Below, piece by piece: positions 1-14,600 of a DNA stretch of 64,000 nucleotides. The translations under genes and the position numbers were made by a program. This stretch comes from Eledone cirrhosa (taxonomy: Eukaryota), in assembly GCA_964016885.1 (NCBI GenBank), contig OZ024744.1, positions 111,228,001-111,292,000 of the forward strand, in the 5' to 3' direction. The notes below the pieces were generated by a model. It ran no database searches. It saw only the letters and a list, made by a program, of their open reading frames with translations, and was not told where the DNA came from. Positions within the stretch are counted from its first letter, which is position 1; every line of letters begins with the position of its first letter.

Positions 1-927
1 TACTCAGTACATTACTGGTATGAAATAACATACCAGAAGTGTTAATATAAGAATCTGATTTACTTTATTCTACTAAAGATAATTGTTTCTACTTTTGGCA
101 CAAGGCCAGCAAATACCCAGTACATTACTGGTATGAAATAACATACCAGAAGTGTTAATATAAGAATCTGATTTACTTTATTCTACTAAAGATAATTGTT
201 TCTACTTTTGGCACAAGGCCAGCAAAATACTCAGTACATTACTGGTATGAAATAACATACCAGAAGTGTTAATATAAGAATCTGATTTACTTTATTCTAC
301 TAAAGATAATTGTTTCTACTTTTGGCACAAGGCCAGCAAATACCCAGTACATTACTGGTATGAAATAACATACCAGAAGTGTTAATATAAGAATCTGATT
401 TACTTTATTCTACTAAAGATAATTGTTTCTACTTTTGGCACAAGGCCAGCAAATACCCAGTACATTACTGGTATGAAATAACATACCAGAAGTGTTAATA
501 TAAGAATCTGATTTACTTTATTCTACTAAAGATAATTGTTTCTACTTTTGGCACAAGGCCAGCAAATACCCAGTACATTACTGGTATGAAATAACATACC
601 AGAAGTGTTAATATAAGAATCTGATTTACTTTATTCTACTAAAGATAATTGTTTCTACTTTTGGCACAAGGCCAGCAAAATACTCAGTACATTACTGGTA
701 TGAAATAACATACCAGAAGTGTTAATATAAGAATCTGATTTACTTTATTCTACTAAAGATAATTGTTTCTACTTTTGGCACAAGGCCAGCAAAATACCCA
801 GTACATTACTGGTATGAAATAACATACCAGAAGTGTCAATATAAGAATCTGATTTACTTTATTCTACTAAAGATAACTGTTTCTACTTTTGGCACAAGGC
901 CAGCAAATACCCAGTACATTACTGGTA
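1..927. repeat. Tandem array of a 113-114 bp unit (8 full copies plus a partial; runs off the window start), made of a SINE 3' tail plus flanking DNA
   Basis: Units start at 1, 114, 228, 341, 454, 567, 681, 795 and 908 and are nearly identical. The segment ATAATTGTTTCTACTTTTGGCACAAGGCCAGCAAATACCCAGTACATTACTGGTA is the reverse complement of the SINE 3' end seen at ~1303-1358. Confidence 0.95.
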
Positions 928-1063
928 CTTTATTTTATCGACCCCGGAAGGATGAAAAGCAAAGTTAACCTCGGCGGGATTTGAACTCAGATCATACAGG
1001 GACGTAACTCTATACTTCAAAGCATGGCATCCGGCCCTCTACCGATACTGCCAATCCACCGCC
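873..1063 (-). mobile_element. tRNA-derived SINE, full length, with target-site duplication
   Basis: The minus strand reads GGCGGTGGATTGGCAGTATCGG (Pol III A box) ... GAGTTCAAATCCC (B box) ... TTTCATCCTTCCGGGGTCGATAAAATAAAGTACCAG. The direct repeat TTTATTCTACTAAAGATAAC flanks it at 858-877 and 1066-1085. The central domain resembles the MetaSINE-type domain (from recall, not searched). Confidence 0.9.
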
Positions 1064-1167
1064 TTTTTATTCTACTAAAGATAACGTTAGTATGAAGGAA
1101 ATAAGACAATGATTCCAATCACATAATATATTGTGCTGTGTGTGTTTGGTTTGGTAACATTATTTAA

Positions 1168-1358
1168 GGCGGTGGACTGGCAGTATCGGTAGAGGGTCGG
1201 ACGTTATGCTTTGACGCATAGAGTTACGGCCCTTGCCATTCTGAGTTCAAATCCCGCCAAGGTTAACTTTGCCTTTCATCCTTACGGGGTCGATAAAATA
1301 AAGTACCAGTAATGCACTGGGTAATTACTGGCCTTGTGCCAAAAGTAGAAACAATTAT
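1168..1358 (+). mobile_element. tRNA-derived SINE (same family), first copy of a head-to-tail dimer
   Basis: A box TGGCAGTATCGG (~1178-1189), B box GAGTTCAAATCCC (1243-1255), conserved GCCTTTCATCCTTACGGGGTCGATAAAATAAAGTACCAG, and tail AAAGTAGAAACAATTAT. Confidence 0.9.
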
Positions 1359-1362
1359 TTAA

Positions 1363-1554
1363 GGCGGTAGATTAGCAGTATCGGTAGAGGGTCGGACGCC
1401 ATGCTTTCCAGCATAGTTACGTCCCTTTACGATCTGAGTTCAAATCCCGCCGAGGTTGACTTTGCCTTTCATCCTTACGGGGTCGATAAAATAAAGTACC
1501 AGTAATGCACTGGGGGTTATTTGCTGGCCTTGTGCCTAAAGTAGAAACAATTAT
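1363..1554 (+). mobile_element. tRNA-derived SINE (same family), second copy of the dimer
   Basis: It has the same A box, B box, central domain and tail as 1168-1358, with scattered substitutions. Confidence 0.9.
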
Positions 1555-1737
1555 TTATAAATGCTAAGTTAAGTGATACCTTTGTAAAAGCAATATTACA
1601 GGTGGGAATGGTCTTTAAAGATATGTATCTGGCGTAGAATCAAGAAAAATGACTATTTTCCTGTTGATCTAAATTTTAAGTCCTTTTTTATAACTTATAT
1701 GGCCAGAATTTTTAGAAAGTTCTTAATGTGTGCAAAA

Positions 1738-1835
1738 CTATCAAGGATCGGTCTCCACAGCCACCTTCGTGCCCACGGCAGACGGGAACTAAAATAAAGA
1801 AGATGTCATCATCGTTTACTATGGACAACCAAGAT
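1738..1835 (+). mobile_element. 5'-truncated 3' end of an RTE-clade LINE
   Basis: 1741-1797 translates as SRIGLHSHLRAHGRRELK*, matching the C-terminal zinc-finger half (S-R-I-G-L-x-S-H-x-R-x-H) typical of RTE ORF2. It is followed by a short 3' UTR, GTCATCATCGTTTACTATGGACAACC, of RTE type (from recall). Confidence 0.7.
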
Positions 1836-1904
1836 GTGGATGTAAACTCAGATCTATATATAGTTAAAATATAGAGAAGAAAGATTTATTGATAAAGGAA
1901 ACAA

Positions 1905-3856
1905 ATCCATTTCCTTTGCATATCCAAAGGTAGGGTGACTATTCTACTACTTGATAGACTGCCAGTGACTAGTATGTGCCCTATTTTGCTGAATATTTTT
2001 AGCATTTTAGTCATATTCCTGATGATTCAGCTGCTTTCCCTGCTTTCATACCTTTAACCACACCTTAAACTGTCTAGTTGTGAACCAAAACAGTTGCTTA
2101 CCCATCGTTCTCCTTACTCAACAACTTCTTATGGTATAATTGCATGCCTGCTTCCAGTGTGACAGTGAAGTACAGAGTTATATCATATAAACTTTCCCTA
2201 ACAATGTCTTGTTTTGCAGTGATATACTGCTAATTAATACAGAACAACTCATATCTCTGACATTCGTGTCTCAGAACATTGTTGAAACTCTTACTTTCTG
2301 CTTCTCTCATTGCTATTCATAACTGATAAATACATGATATCCTTCTTTACTCTGCCACTTTCTTCCAATCTTTCTAAGCCTATCTCTTAACTTTTTATAG
2401 CTCTATCCACTGTACCATTCCATCTCCACATAATCTATCTGGTACTTTGCTACATCTATAAACTTGGTATGTGGTCTGCTGCAGGTTGTCTTGAAGAAAC
2501 TCCTTAGTATTTTCTACGTTATAATTCTCTATCGTCTCCACCTTTTCATCATACATGTTACATAGTAATTCTTTGAACGTACACCTCACTGAGATATCTT
2601 TCATCGTCCATGCATTTCTTCTCCAGATTGTCTAGTGTCTCAATGTCACTCACTAATCACTAGTCTATGTTGAATAGTACATTCAACCATCTGTCTATCA
2701 TATTTCCTGATCTACATGAAGTTTATTTGGCTTGTATATTTACTTGTTTGGTAGGTGACCAGGTGGTTAGCTGACTGGTACCGCTTCTGAAGCTGCTGCT
2801 CTACATCTCACAACTCAAAAAGATTTGATCATTCTTTATTCCTTGTACCATGTCTGTAATTTCCATGTACATTGGAGTAGCCAACCTGATGTTACCCAAA
2901 TATTATCCATTAAAGTCACCAGCTTTGGTAACACAGTTGTTCTTAGTTGTTGTGAAGGTAAGGTAGGTTACAAAAACAACTCAAAATATACCATCGGCTG
3001 GCAAGGTTGTCTGCAAGAGATCTTCACAGAAATTGTCCTTTTGTGCATCATTATGGTGCATCGGCAGACATTACTGTTACAGTTTTATTGCCAGTGACTA
3101 CTCCAAGCTCAATTCCTCAGTTTATTTCGCTGTTGACAATAGAGTTATTCCACCGGCAATTCCAGGACGATTAGTCTTCTGTGAGGAACGCTAAACTCTT
3201 TCGTTTCTTGGCTTTAGCTTGCGTTCATTTTGACCCTCCTCTCTCTCTCTCTCTCCCTCTCTCTCTCTCTCTCCCTCTCTCTCTCCCTCTTCTCTCTCTC
3301 TCTCCAGTGACTACTCCAAGCTCAATTCCTCAGTTTATTTCGCTGTTGACAATAGAGTTATTCCACCGGCAATTCCAGGACGATTAGTCTTCTGTGAGGA
3401 ACGCTAAACTCTTTCGTTTCTTGGCTTTAGCTTGCGTTCATTTTGACCCTCCTCTCTCTCTCTCTCTCTCCCTCTCTCTCTCCCTCTTCTCTCTCTCTCT
3501 CCAGTGACTACTCCAAGCTCAATTCCTCAGTTTATTTCGCTGTTGACAATAGAGTTATTCCACCGGCAATTCCAGGACGATTAGTCTTCTGTGAGGAACG
3601 CTAAACTCTTTCGTTTCTTGGCTTTAGCTTGCGTTCATTTTGACCCTCCTCTCTCTCTCTCTCTCCCTCTCTCTCTCCCTCTTCCCTCTCTCTCTCTCCA
3701 GTGACTACTCCAAGCTCAATTCCTCAGTTTATTTCGCTGTTGACAATAGAGTTATCCACCGACAATTCCAGGACGATTAGTCTTCTGTGAGGAATCTCAC
3801 CCCACTCCATCTCTTGTACACATCTACACACCTATACTCCTGGATTTCTACCAGCA
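1905..3856 (-). pseudogene. Decayed non-LTR retrotransposon (RTE-like LINE) ORF2: APE endonuclease, linker and start of RT domain, with many stops and frameshifts
   Basis: Minus-strand fragments occur in the correct order: LVEIQEYRCVDV / CVQEMEWG / RFLT (~3787-3855), GIAGGITLLSTAK*, VTVMSADAP, QKDNFCEDLLQTT (~3005-3085), AGDFNG (2906-2923), NHLVTYQTSKYTSQINF (~2720-2768), EAESKSFNNVLRHECQR (~2255-2305), KKLLSKEND, VKGMKAGKAAESSGI (~2015-2061) and KMLKIFSKIGHILV. ORF 2395-2604 in the track is a piece of it. Confidence 0.8.
3091..3794. repeat. Tandem array of a ~197-213 bp unit (3.5 copies): ~98 bp of LINE endonuclease DNA plus a spacer ending in (CT)n
   Basis: Units begin CCAGTGACTACTCCAAGCTC at 3091, 3304, 3501 and 3698. 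Length differences lie in the (CT)n tract. The LINE sequence resumes at 3795. Confidence 0.95.
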
Positions 3857-5630
3857 CCATTACCAACACTACTATCACCAACAACAACACAACCACACTA
3901 CCACCACCACCGACACCAACACTACTACAATACTACCACCAACACTACTACAATACTACCACCTACACTACTACACAACTACCACCAATACCAACACAAC
4001 CACACTACCACCGACACCAACACTACTACATTACTACCACCAACGCTACTACAATACTACCACCTACACTACTACACTACTATCACCAACACCAACACAA
4101 CCACACTACCACCACCACCGACAGCAACACTACTACATTACTACCACCAACACTACTACAATACTACCACCTACACTACTACACAACTACCACCAATACC
4201 AACACAACCACACTACCACCACCACCACCACCAACACTACTACATTACTACCACCAACACTACTACAATACTACCACCTACACTACAACACTGCTATCAC
4301 CAACACCAACACAACCACACTACCACCAACACCAACACTACTACACTACTACCACCAATACCAACACAACCACACTACCACCAACACCAACACTACTACA
4401 TTACTACCACCAACACGACTACAATACTGCCACCTACACTACTACTCTACTATCACCAACACCAACACAACCACACTACCACCAACACCAACACTACTAC
4501 ATTACTACCACCAACACTACTACAATACTGCCACCTACACTACTACACTACTTCCACCAATACCAACACAACCACACTACCACCACCACCAACACAAACA
4601 CTACTACATTACTACCACCAACACTACTACAATACTACCATCTACACTACTACACTACTATCACCAACACCAACACAACCACACTACCACCACCACCGAC
4701 ACCAACACTACTACATTACTACCACCAACACTACTACAATACAACCACCTACACTACTACACAACTACCACCAATACCAACACAAACCACACTACCACCA
4801 CCACCGACACCAACACTACTACATTACTACCACCAACGCTACTACAATACAACCACCTACACTACTACACTACTACCACCAATACCAACACAAACCACAC
4901 TACCACCACCACCGACACCAACACTACTACATTACTACCACCAACACTACTACAATACTACCACCTACACTACTACACAACTACAACCAATACCAACACA
5001 AACCACACTACCACCACCACCGACACCAACACTACTACATTACTACCACCAACGCTACTACAATACAACCAGCTACACTACTACACAACTACCACCAATA
5101 CCAACACAAACCACACTACCAACACCACCGACACCAACACTACTACATTACTACCACTAACACTACAAGAATACTACCACCTACACTACTACACAACTAT
5201 CTCCAATACCAACACAAACCACACTACCACCACCACCGACACCAACACTACTACATTACAACCACCAACACGACTACAATACTGCCACCTACACTACTAC
5301 ACAACTACCACCAATACCAACACAAACCACACTACCACCACCACCGACACCAACACTACTACATTACTACCACCAACGCTACTACAATACAACCACCTAC
5401 ACTACTACACAACTACCACCAATACCAACACAAACCACACTACCACCACCACCGACACCAACACTACTACATTACTACCACCAACGCTACTACAATACTA
5501 CCACCTACACTACTACACTACTACCACCAATACCAACACGACCACACTACCACCACAACGAACACCAACACTACTACATTACTGCCACCAACACTACTAC
5601 AATACTACCACCTACACTACACAAACACTA
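3857..5630. repeat. CAC/TAC-rich minisatellite domain with a 108-bp period
   Basis: The marker CCAACAC(A/G)A(A/C)C recurs at 4777, 4885, 4993, 5101, 5209, 5317, 5425 and 5533 (exact 108 spacing). Shorter, degenerate units lie in 3857-4770. Confidence 0.9.
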
Positions 5631-8600
5631 CTACAATACTACCAACACTACCACCAACAGTACCACCAACACTACCACTAACACTACTACCAACACTACT
5701 ACCAACACTACCACCAACATTATTACCAACACTACTACCAACACTACCACCAACACTACAACCAACACTACCACCAACAGTACTAGCAACACTACCACCA
5801 ACAGTACTGCCAACACTACCACCAACATTACTACCAACACTACTACCAACTCTACTACCCACACTACCACCAACACTACTACCAACACTACCACCAACAC
5901 TACCACCAACACTACCACCATCACTACCACCAACACTATTACCAACACTACCACCAACACTACTACCAACACTACCACCAACACCACTACCAACACAACT
6001 ACCAACACTACTACCAACACTACTACCAACACTACTACCAACACTACTGCCAACACTACCACCAATACTACCACCAACACTACTACCAGCACTACTACCA
6101 ACACTACCTCCAATAACACCACCAACACTACCACCAACACTACTACCAACACTACTACCAACACTACCACCAACACTACTACCAACACTACTAACAACAC
6201 TACTAACAACAATACCACCAACACTACTACCAACACTACTACCAACACTACCACCAACACTACCACCAACACTACCACCAACACTACTACCAACACTACC
6301 ACCAACACTACCACCAACGCTACCACCAACACTACCACCAACAATACCACCAACACTACTACCAATACTACTACCAACACTACTACCAACACTACCACCA
6401 ACACTACCACCAACGCTACCACCAACACTACTACCAACACTACTAACAACACTACTACCAACACTACCACCATCACTACCACCAATATTACTACCAACAC
6501 TACTACCAACACTACTACCAACACTACCACCAACACTACTACCAACACTACTACCAATACTACTACCAAGACTACCACCAACACTACCACCAACACTACT
6601 ACCAACACTACTACCAACACTACCACCAACACTACTACCAACACTACTACCAACACTACTACCAACACTACTACCAACACTACCACCAACACTACTACCA
6701 ACACTACCACCAATAATACTACCAAAACTACCACCAACACTACCACTAACACTACCACCAACACTACCACCAACACTACCACCATCACTACTACCAACAC
6801 TACTACCAACACTAACAAAGACACTACCACCAACACTACTACCAACACTACTACCAACACCACTACCAACACTACCACCAACACTGCTAACAACACTACT
6901 AACAACAATACCACCAACACTACTACCAACACTACTACCAACACTACCACCAACACTACCACCAAAACTACCACCAACACTACTACCAACACTACCACCA
7001 ACACTACCACCAACACTACCACCAACACTACCACCAACAATACCACCAACACTACTACCAACACTACTACTAACACTACTACCAACACTACCACCAACAC
7101 TACCACCAACACTACCACCCACACTACTACCAACACTACTACCAACACTACTACCAACACTACCACCATCACTACCACCAATATTACTACCAACACTACT
7201 ACCAACACTAGTACCAACACTACCACCAACACTACTATCAACACTACTACCAACACTACTAACAACACTACCACCAACACTACCACCAACACTACCACCA
7301 ACACTACCACCAACACTACCACCAACACTACCACCAATACTACTACCAACACTACTACAAACACAACCACTAACACTACTACCAATACTACCACCAACAC
7401 TACTACCAACACTACTACCAACAGTACTACCAACACTACTACCAACACTACTACCAACACTACTACTAACGCTACTACCAACACTACTACCAACACTACC
7501 ACCAACACTACTAACACCATTACTACTACCAACACTACCACCAACACTACACTAACACTACCACTAACACTACTACCAACACTACTACCAACACTACTAC
7601 CAACACTACTACCAACACTACCACCAACACTACCACCAACACTACTACCAACACTACCACCAACACTACCACCAACACTACTACCAACACTACTACCAAC
7701 ACTACTACCAACACTACTCCCAACACTACTACCAACACTACTACCAACACTACTCCCAACACTACTCCCAACACTACTACCAACACTACTACCAACACTA
7801 CTACCAACACTACCACCAACACTACTACCAACACTACTCCCAACACTACTCCCAACACTACCACCAACACTACTCCCAACACTACTCCCAACACTACTAC
7901 CAACACTACTACCAACACTACTCCCAACACTACCACCAACACTACTCCCAACACTACTCCCAACACTACTACCAACACTACTACCAACACTACTCCCAAC
8001 ACTACCACCAACACTACTACCAACACTACTACCAACACTACTACCAACACTACTCCCAACACTACTCCCAACACTACTACCAACACTACTACCAACACTA
8101 CTCCCAACACTACTCCCAACACTACTACCAACACTACTACCAACACTACTCCCAACACTACCACCAACACTACTACCAACACTACTCCCAACACTACCAC
8201 CAACACTACTACCAACACTACTCCAACACTACTCCCAACACTACTACCAACACTACCACCAACACTACTACCAACACTACTACCAACACTACCACCAACA
8301 CTACTCCCAACACTACTCCCAACACTACTCCCAACACTACTACCAACACTACTACCAACACTACTCCCAACACTACTACCAACACTACTCCCAACACTAC
8401 TCCCAACACTACTACCAACACTACTACCAACACTACTCCCAACACTACCACCAACATTACTACCAACACTACTCCCAACACTACCACCAACACTACTACC
8501 AACACTACTCCCAACACTACTCCCAACACTACTACCAACACTACTACCAACACTACTCCCAACACTACCACCAACACTACTTCCAACACTACTACCAACA

Positions 8601-11600
8601 CTACCACCAACACTACTCCCAACACTACTACCAACACTACTACCAACACTACTCCCAACACTACTCCCAACACTACTACCAACACTACTACCAACACTAC
8701 TCCCAACACTACCACCAACACTACTACCAACACTACTTCCAACACTACTACCAACACTACCACCAACACTACTCCCAACACTACTCCCAACACTACTCCC
8801 AACACTACTACCAACACTACTCCCAACACTACTCCCAACACTACTACCAACACTACTACCAACACTACTACCAACACTACCACCAACACTACTACCAACA
8901 CTACTCCCAACACTACTCCCAACACTACTACCAACACTACTACCAACACTACTACCAACACTACCACCAACACTACTACCAACACTACTCCCAACACTAC
9001 CACCAACACTACTACCAACACGACTACCAACACTACTCCCAACACTACTCCCAACACTACTACCAACACTACTACCAACACTACTACCAACACTACTCCC
9101 AACACTGCTCCCAACACTACCACCAACACTACTACCAACACTACTACCAACACTGCTACCAACACTACTACCAACACTACTACCAACACTACTCCCAACA
9201 CTACTACCAACACTACTACCAACACTACTACCAACACTACTACCAACACTACTACCAACACTACTCCCAACACTACTCCCAACACTACTACCAACACTAC
9301 TACCAACACTACTACCAACACTACTCCCAACACTACTACCAACACTATTCCCAACACTACTCCCAACACTACTCCCAACACTACTACCAACACTACTACC
9401 AACACTACTACCAACACTACTCCCAACACTACTACCAACACTACTACCAACACTACTACCAACACTACTACCAACACTACTCCCAACACTACTCCCAACA
9501 CTACTACCAACACTACTACCAACACTACTCCCAACACTACTCCCAACACTACTACCAACACTACTCCCAACACTACTCCCAACACTACTACCAACACTAC
9601 TCCCAACACTACTCCCAACACTACTACCAACACTGCCACCAACACTACTACCAACACTACTCCCAACACTACCACCAACACTACCACCAACACTACCACC
9701 AACACTACTACCAACACTACCAATAACACTACTCCCAACACTACTACCAACACTACTACCAACACTACTATCAACACTGCTACCAACACTACTACCAACA
9801 CTACTACCAACACTACTCCCAACACTACTACCAACACTACTCCTAACACTACTCCCAACACTACTACCAACACTACCACCAACACTACTACCAACACTAC
9901 TCCCAACACTACTCCCAACACTACTACCAACAATACTCCCAACACTACTCCCAACACTACTACCAACACTACTCCCAACACTACTACCAACACTACTACC
10001 AACAATACTCCCAACACTACTCCCAACACTACTCCCAACACTACTACCAACAATACTCCCAACACTACTCCCAACACTACTACCAACACTACTCCTAACA
10101 CTACTCCCAACACTACTACCAACACTACTCCCAACACTACTACCAACACTACTCCCAACACTACTCCCAACACTACTACCAACACTACTCCCAACACTAC
10201 TCCCAACACTACTACCAACAATACTCCCAACACTACTCCCAACACTACCACCAACACTACTACCAACACTACTACCAATACTACTCCCAACACTACTCCC
10301 AACACTATTCCCAACACTACTACCAACACTACTACCAACACTACCACCAACGCTACTACCAACACTACTACCAACACTACTCCCAACACTACTCCCAACA
10401 CTACTACCAACACTACTACCAAAACTACCACCAACACTACTACCAACACTACTACCAACACTACTACCAACACTACTCCCAACACTACTACCAACACTAC
10501 TCCCAACACTACTACCAACACTACTACCAACACTACTACCAACACTACTACCAACACTACTACCAACACTACTCCCAACACTACTACCAACACTACTACC
10601 AACACTACTCCCAACACTACTACCAACACTACTACCAACACTACTCCCAACACTACTACCAACACTACTACCAACACTACTACCAACACTAATACCAGCA
10701 CTACTCCCAACACTACTCCCAACACTACTACCAACACTACTACCAACACTACTACCAACACTACAACCAACACTACTACCAAAACTACCACCAACACTAC
10801 TCCCAACACTACTCCCAACACTACTCCCAACACTACTCCCAACACTACTACCAACACTACTCCAAACACTACTACCAACACTACTCCCAACACTACTACC
10901 AACACTACTCCCAACACTACTACCAACACTACTACCAACACTACTCCCAACACTACTACCAACACTACTACCAACACTACTCCCAACACTACTACCAACA
11001 CTACTCCCAACACTACTCCCAACACTACCACCAACACTACTACCAACACTACTACCAATACTACTCCCAACACTACTCCCAACACTATTCCCAACACTAC
11101 TCCCAACACTACTACCAACACTACTCCCAACACTACTCCCAACACTACCACCAACACTACTACCAACACTACTACCAACACTACCACCAACACTACTACC
11201 AACACTACTACCAACACTACTACCAACACTACTCCCAACACTACTCCCAACACTACTACCAACACTACTACCAAAACTACCACCAACACTACTACCAACA
11301 CTACTACCAACACTACTACCAACACTACTACCAACACTACTACCAACACTACTCCCAACACTACCACCAACACTACTACCAACACTACTACCAACACTAC
11401 TACCAACACTACTACCAACACTACTCCCAACACTACTACCAAAATTACTACCACCAACGCTACTACAATACTACCACTTACACTACTACACTACTACCAC
11501 CAATACCAACACGACCACACTACCACCACAACGAACACCAACACTACTACATTACTGCCACCAACACTACTACAATACTACCACCTACACTACACAAACA

Positions 11601-14600
11601 CTACTACAATACTACCAACACTACCACCAACAGTACCACCAACACTACCACCAACATTATTACCAACACTACAACCAACACTACCAGCAACAGTACTAGC
11701 AACACTACCACCAACAGTACTGCCAACACTACCACCAACACTACTACCAACACTACTACCAACTTTACTACCCACACTACCACCAACACTACTACCAACA
11801 CTACCACCAACACTACCACCAACACTACCACCATCACTACCACCAACACTATTACCAACACTACCACCAACACTACTACCAACACTACCACCAACACCAC
11901 TACCAACACAACTACCAACACAACTACCAACACTACTACCAACACTACTGCCAACACTACCACCAATACTACCACCAACACTACTACCAGCACTACTACC
12001 ATCACTACCTCCAATAACACCACCAACACTACCACCAACACTACTACCAACACTACTACCAACACTACCACCAACACTACTACCAACACTACTAACAACA
12101 CTACTAACAACAATACCACCAACACTACTACCAACACTACTACCAACACTACCACAAACACTACCACCAACACTACCACCAACACTACTACCAACACTAC
12201 CACCAACACTACCACCAACGCTACCACCAACACTACCACCAACAATACCACCAACACTACTACCAATACTACTACCAACACTACTACCAACACTACCACC
12301 AACACTACCACCAACGCTACCACCAACACTACTACCAACACTACTAACAACACTACTACCAACACTACCACCATCACTACCACCAATATTACTACCAACA
12401 CTACTACCAACACTACTACCAACACTACCACCAACACTACTACCAACACTACTACCAACACTACTACCAAGACTACCACCAACACTACCACCAACACTAC
12501 TACCAACACTACTACCAACACTACCACCAACACTACTACCAACACTACTACCAACACTACTACCAACACTACTACCAACACTACCACCAACACTACTACC
12601 AACACTACCACCAATAATACTACCAAAACTACCACCAACACTACCACTAACACTACCACCAACACTACCACCAACACTACCACCATCACTACTACCAACA
12701 CTACCACCAACACTACTACCAACACTACTACCAACACCACTACCAACACTACCACCAACACTACTAACAACACTACTAACAACAATACCACCAACACTAC
12801 TACCAACACTACTACCAACACTACCACCAACACTACCACCAAAACTACCACCAACACTACTACCAACACTACCACCAACACTACCACCAACACTACCACC
12901 AACACTACCACCAACAATACCACCAACACTACTACCACACTACTACTAACACTACTACCAACACTACCACCAACACTACCACCAACACTACCACCCACAC
13001 TACTACCAACACTACTACCAACACTACTACCAACACTACCACCATCACTACCACCAATATTACTACCAACACTACTACCAACACTAGTACCAACACTACC
13101 ACCAACACTACTATCAACACTACTACCAACACTACTAACAACACTACCACCAACACTACCACCAACACTACCACCAACACTACCAACACTACTACCAACA
13201 CTACTACCAACACTACTCCCAACACTACTCCCAACACTACTACCAACACTACTACCAACACTACTACCAACACTACTCCCAACACTACTACCAACACTAT
13301 TCCCAACACTACTCCCAACACTACTCCCAACACTACTACCAACACTACTACCAACACTACTACCAACACTACTCCCAACACTACTACCAACACTACTACC
13401 AACACTACTACCAACACTACTACCAACACTACTCCCAACACTACTCCCAACACTACTACCAACACTACTACCAACACTACTCCCAACACTACTACCAACA
13501 CTACTACCAACACTACTACCAACACTACTCCCAACACTACTACCAACACTACTACCAACACTACTACCAACACTACTACCAACACTACTACCAACACTAC
13601 TACCAACACTACTCCCAACACTACTCCCAACACTACTACCAACACTACTCCCAACACTACTCCCAACACTACTACCAACACTACTCCCAACACTACTCCC
13701 AACACTACTACCAACACTACTACCAACACTACTACCAACACTACTACCAACACTACTACCAACACTACTACCAACACTACTACCAACACTACTACCAACA
13801 CTACTACCAACACTACTACCAACACTACTACCAACACTACTACCAACACTACTACCAACACTACTACCAACACTACTACCAACACTACTACCAACACTAC
13901 TACCAACACTACTACCAACACTACTACCAACACTACTCCCAACACTACTACCAACACTACTACCAACACTACTACCAACACTACTACCAACACTACTACC
14001 AACACTACTACCAACACTACTACCAACACTACTACCAACACTACTACCAACACTACTACCAACACTACTACCAACACTACTACCAACACTACTACCAACA
14101 CTACTACCAACACTACTACCAACACTACTACCAACACTACTCCCAACACTACTACCAACACTACTACCAACACTACTACCAACACTACTACCAACACTAC
14201 TACCAACACTACTACCAACACTACTACCAACACTACTACCAACACTACTACCAACACTACTACCAACACTACTACCAACACTACTACCAACACTACTCCC
14301 AACACTACTCCCAACACTACTACCAACACTACTCCCAACACTACTACCAACACTACTCCCAACACTACTACCAACACTACTACCAACACTACTACCAACA
14401 CTACTACCAACACTACTACCAACACTACTACCAACACTACTACCAACACTACTACCAACACTACTACCCAACACTACTACCAACACTACTACCAACACTA
14501 CTACCAACACTACTACCAACACTACTACCAACACTACTACCAACACTACTACCAACACTACTACCAACACTACTACCAACACTACTACCAACACTACTCC

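Noticed and set aside
1-927. CRISPR-like regular array
   Set aside because: Whole units are identical with no unique spacers, there are no cas genes, and the context is eukaryotic SINE-derived DNA.
1168-1260. tRNA genes
   Set aside because: The A/B boxes belong to SINE heads that continue into a shared body and tail; no convincing cloverleaf or terminator is present.
2019-2025. CTGATGA motif
   Set aside because: No stem II or GAAA follows; it is antisense LINE coding sequence (ESSG).
3787-5160. 457-aa Thr/Pro/His/Tyr-rich ORF resembling a mucin or extensin
   Set aside because: It starts at a GTG in antisense LINE sequence, and its 36-aa periodicity simply reflects the 108-bp repeat. It has no signal peptide or other gene evidence.
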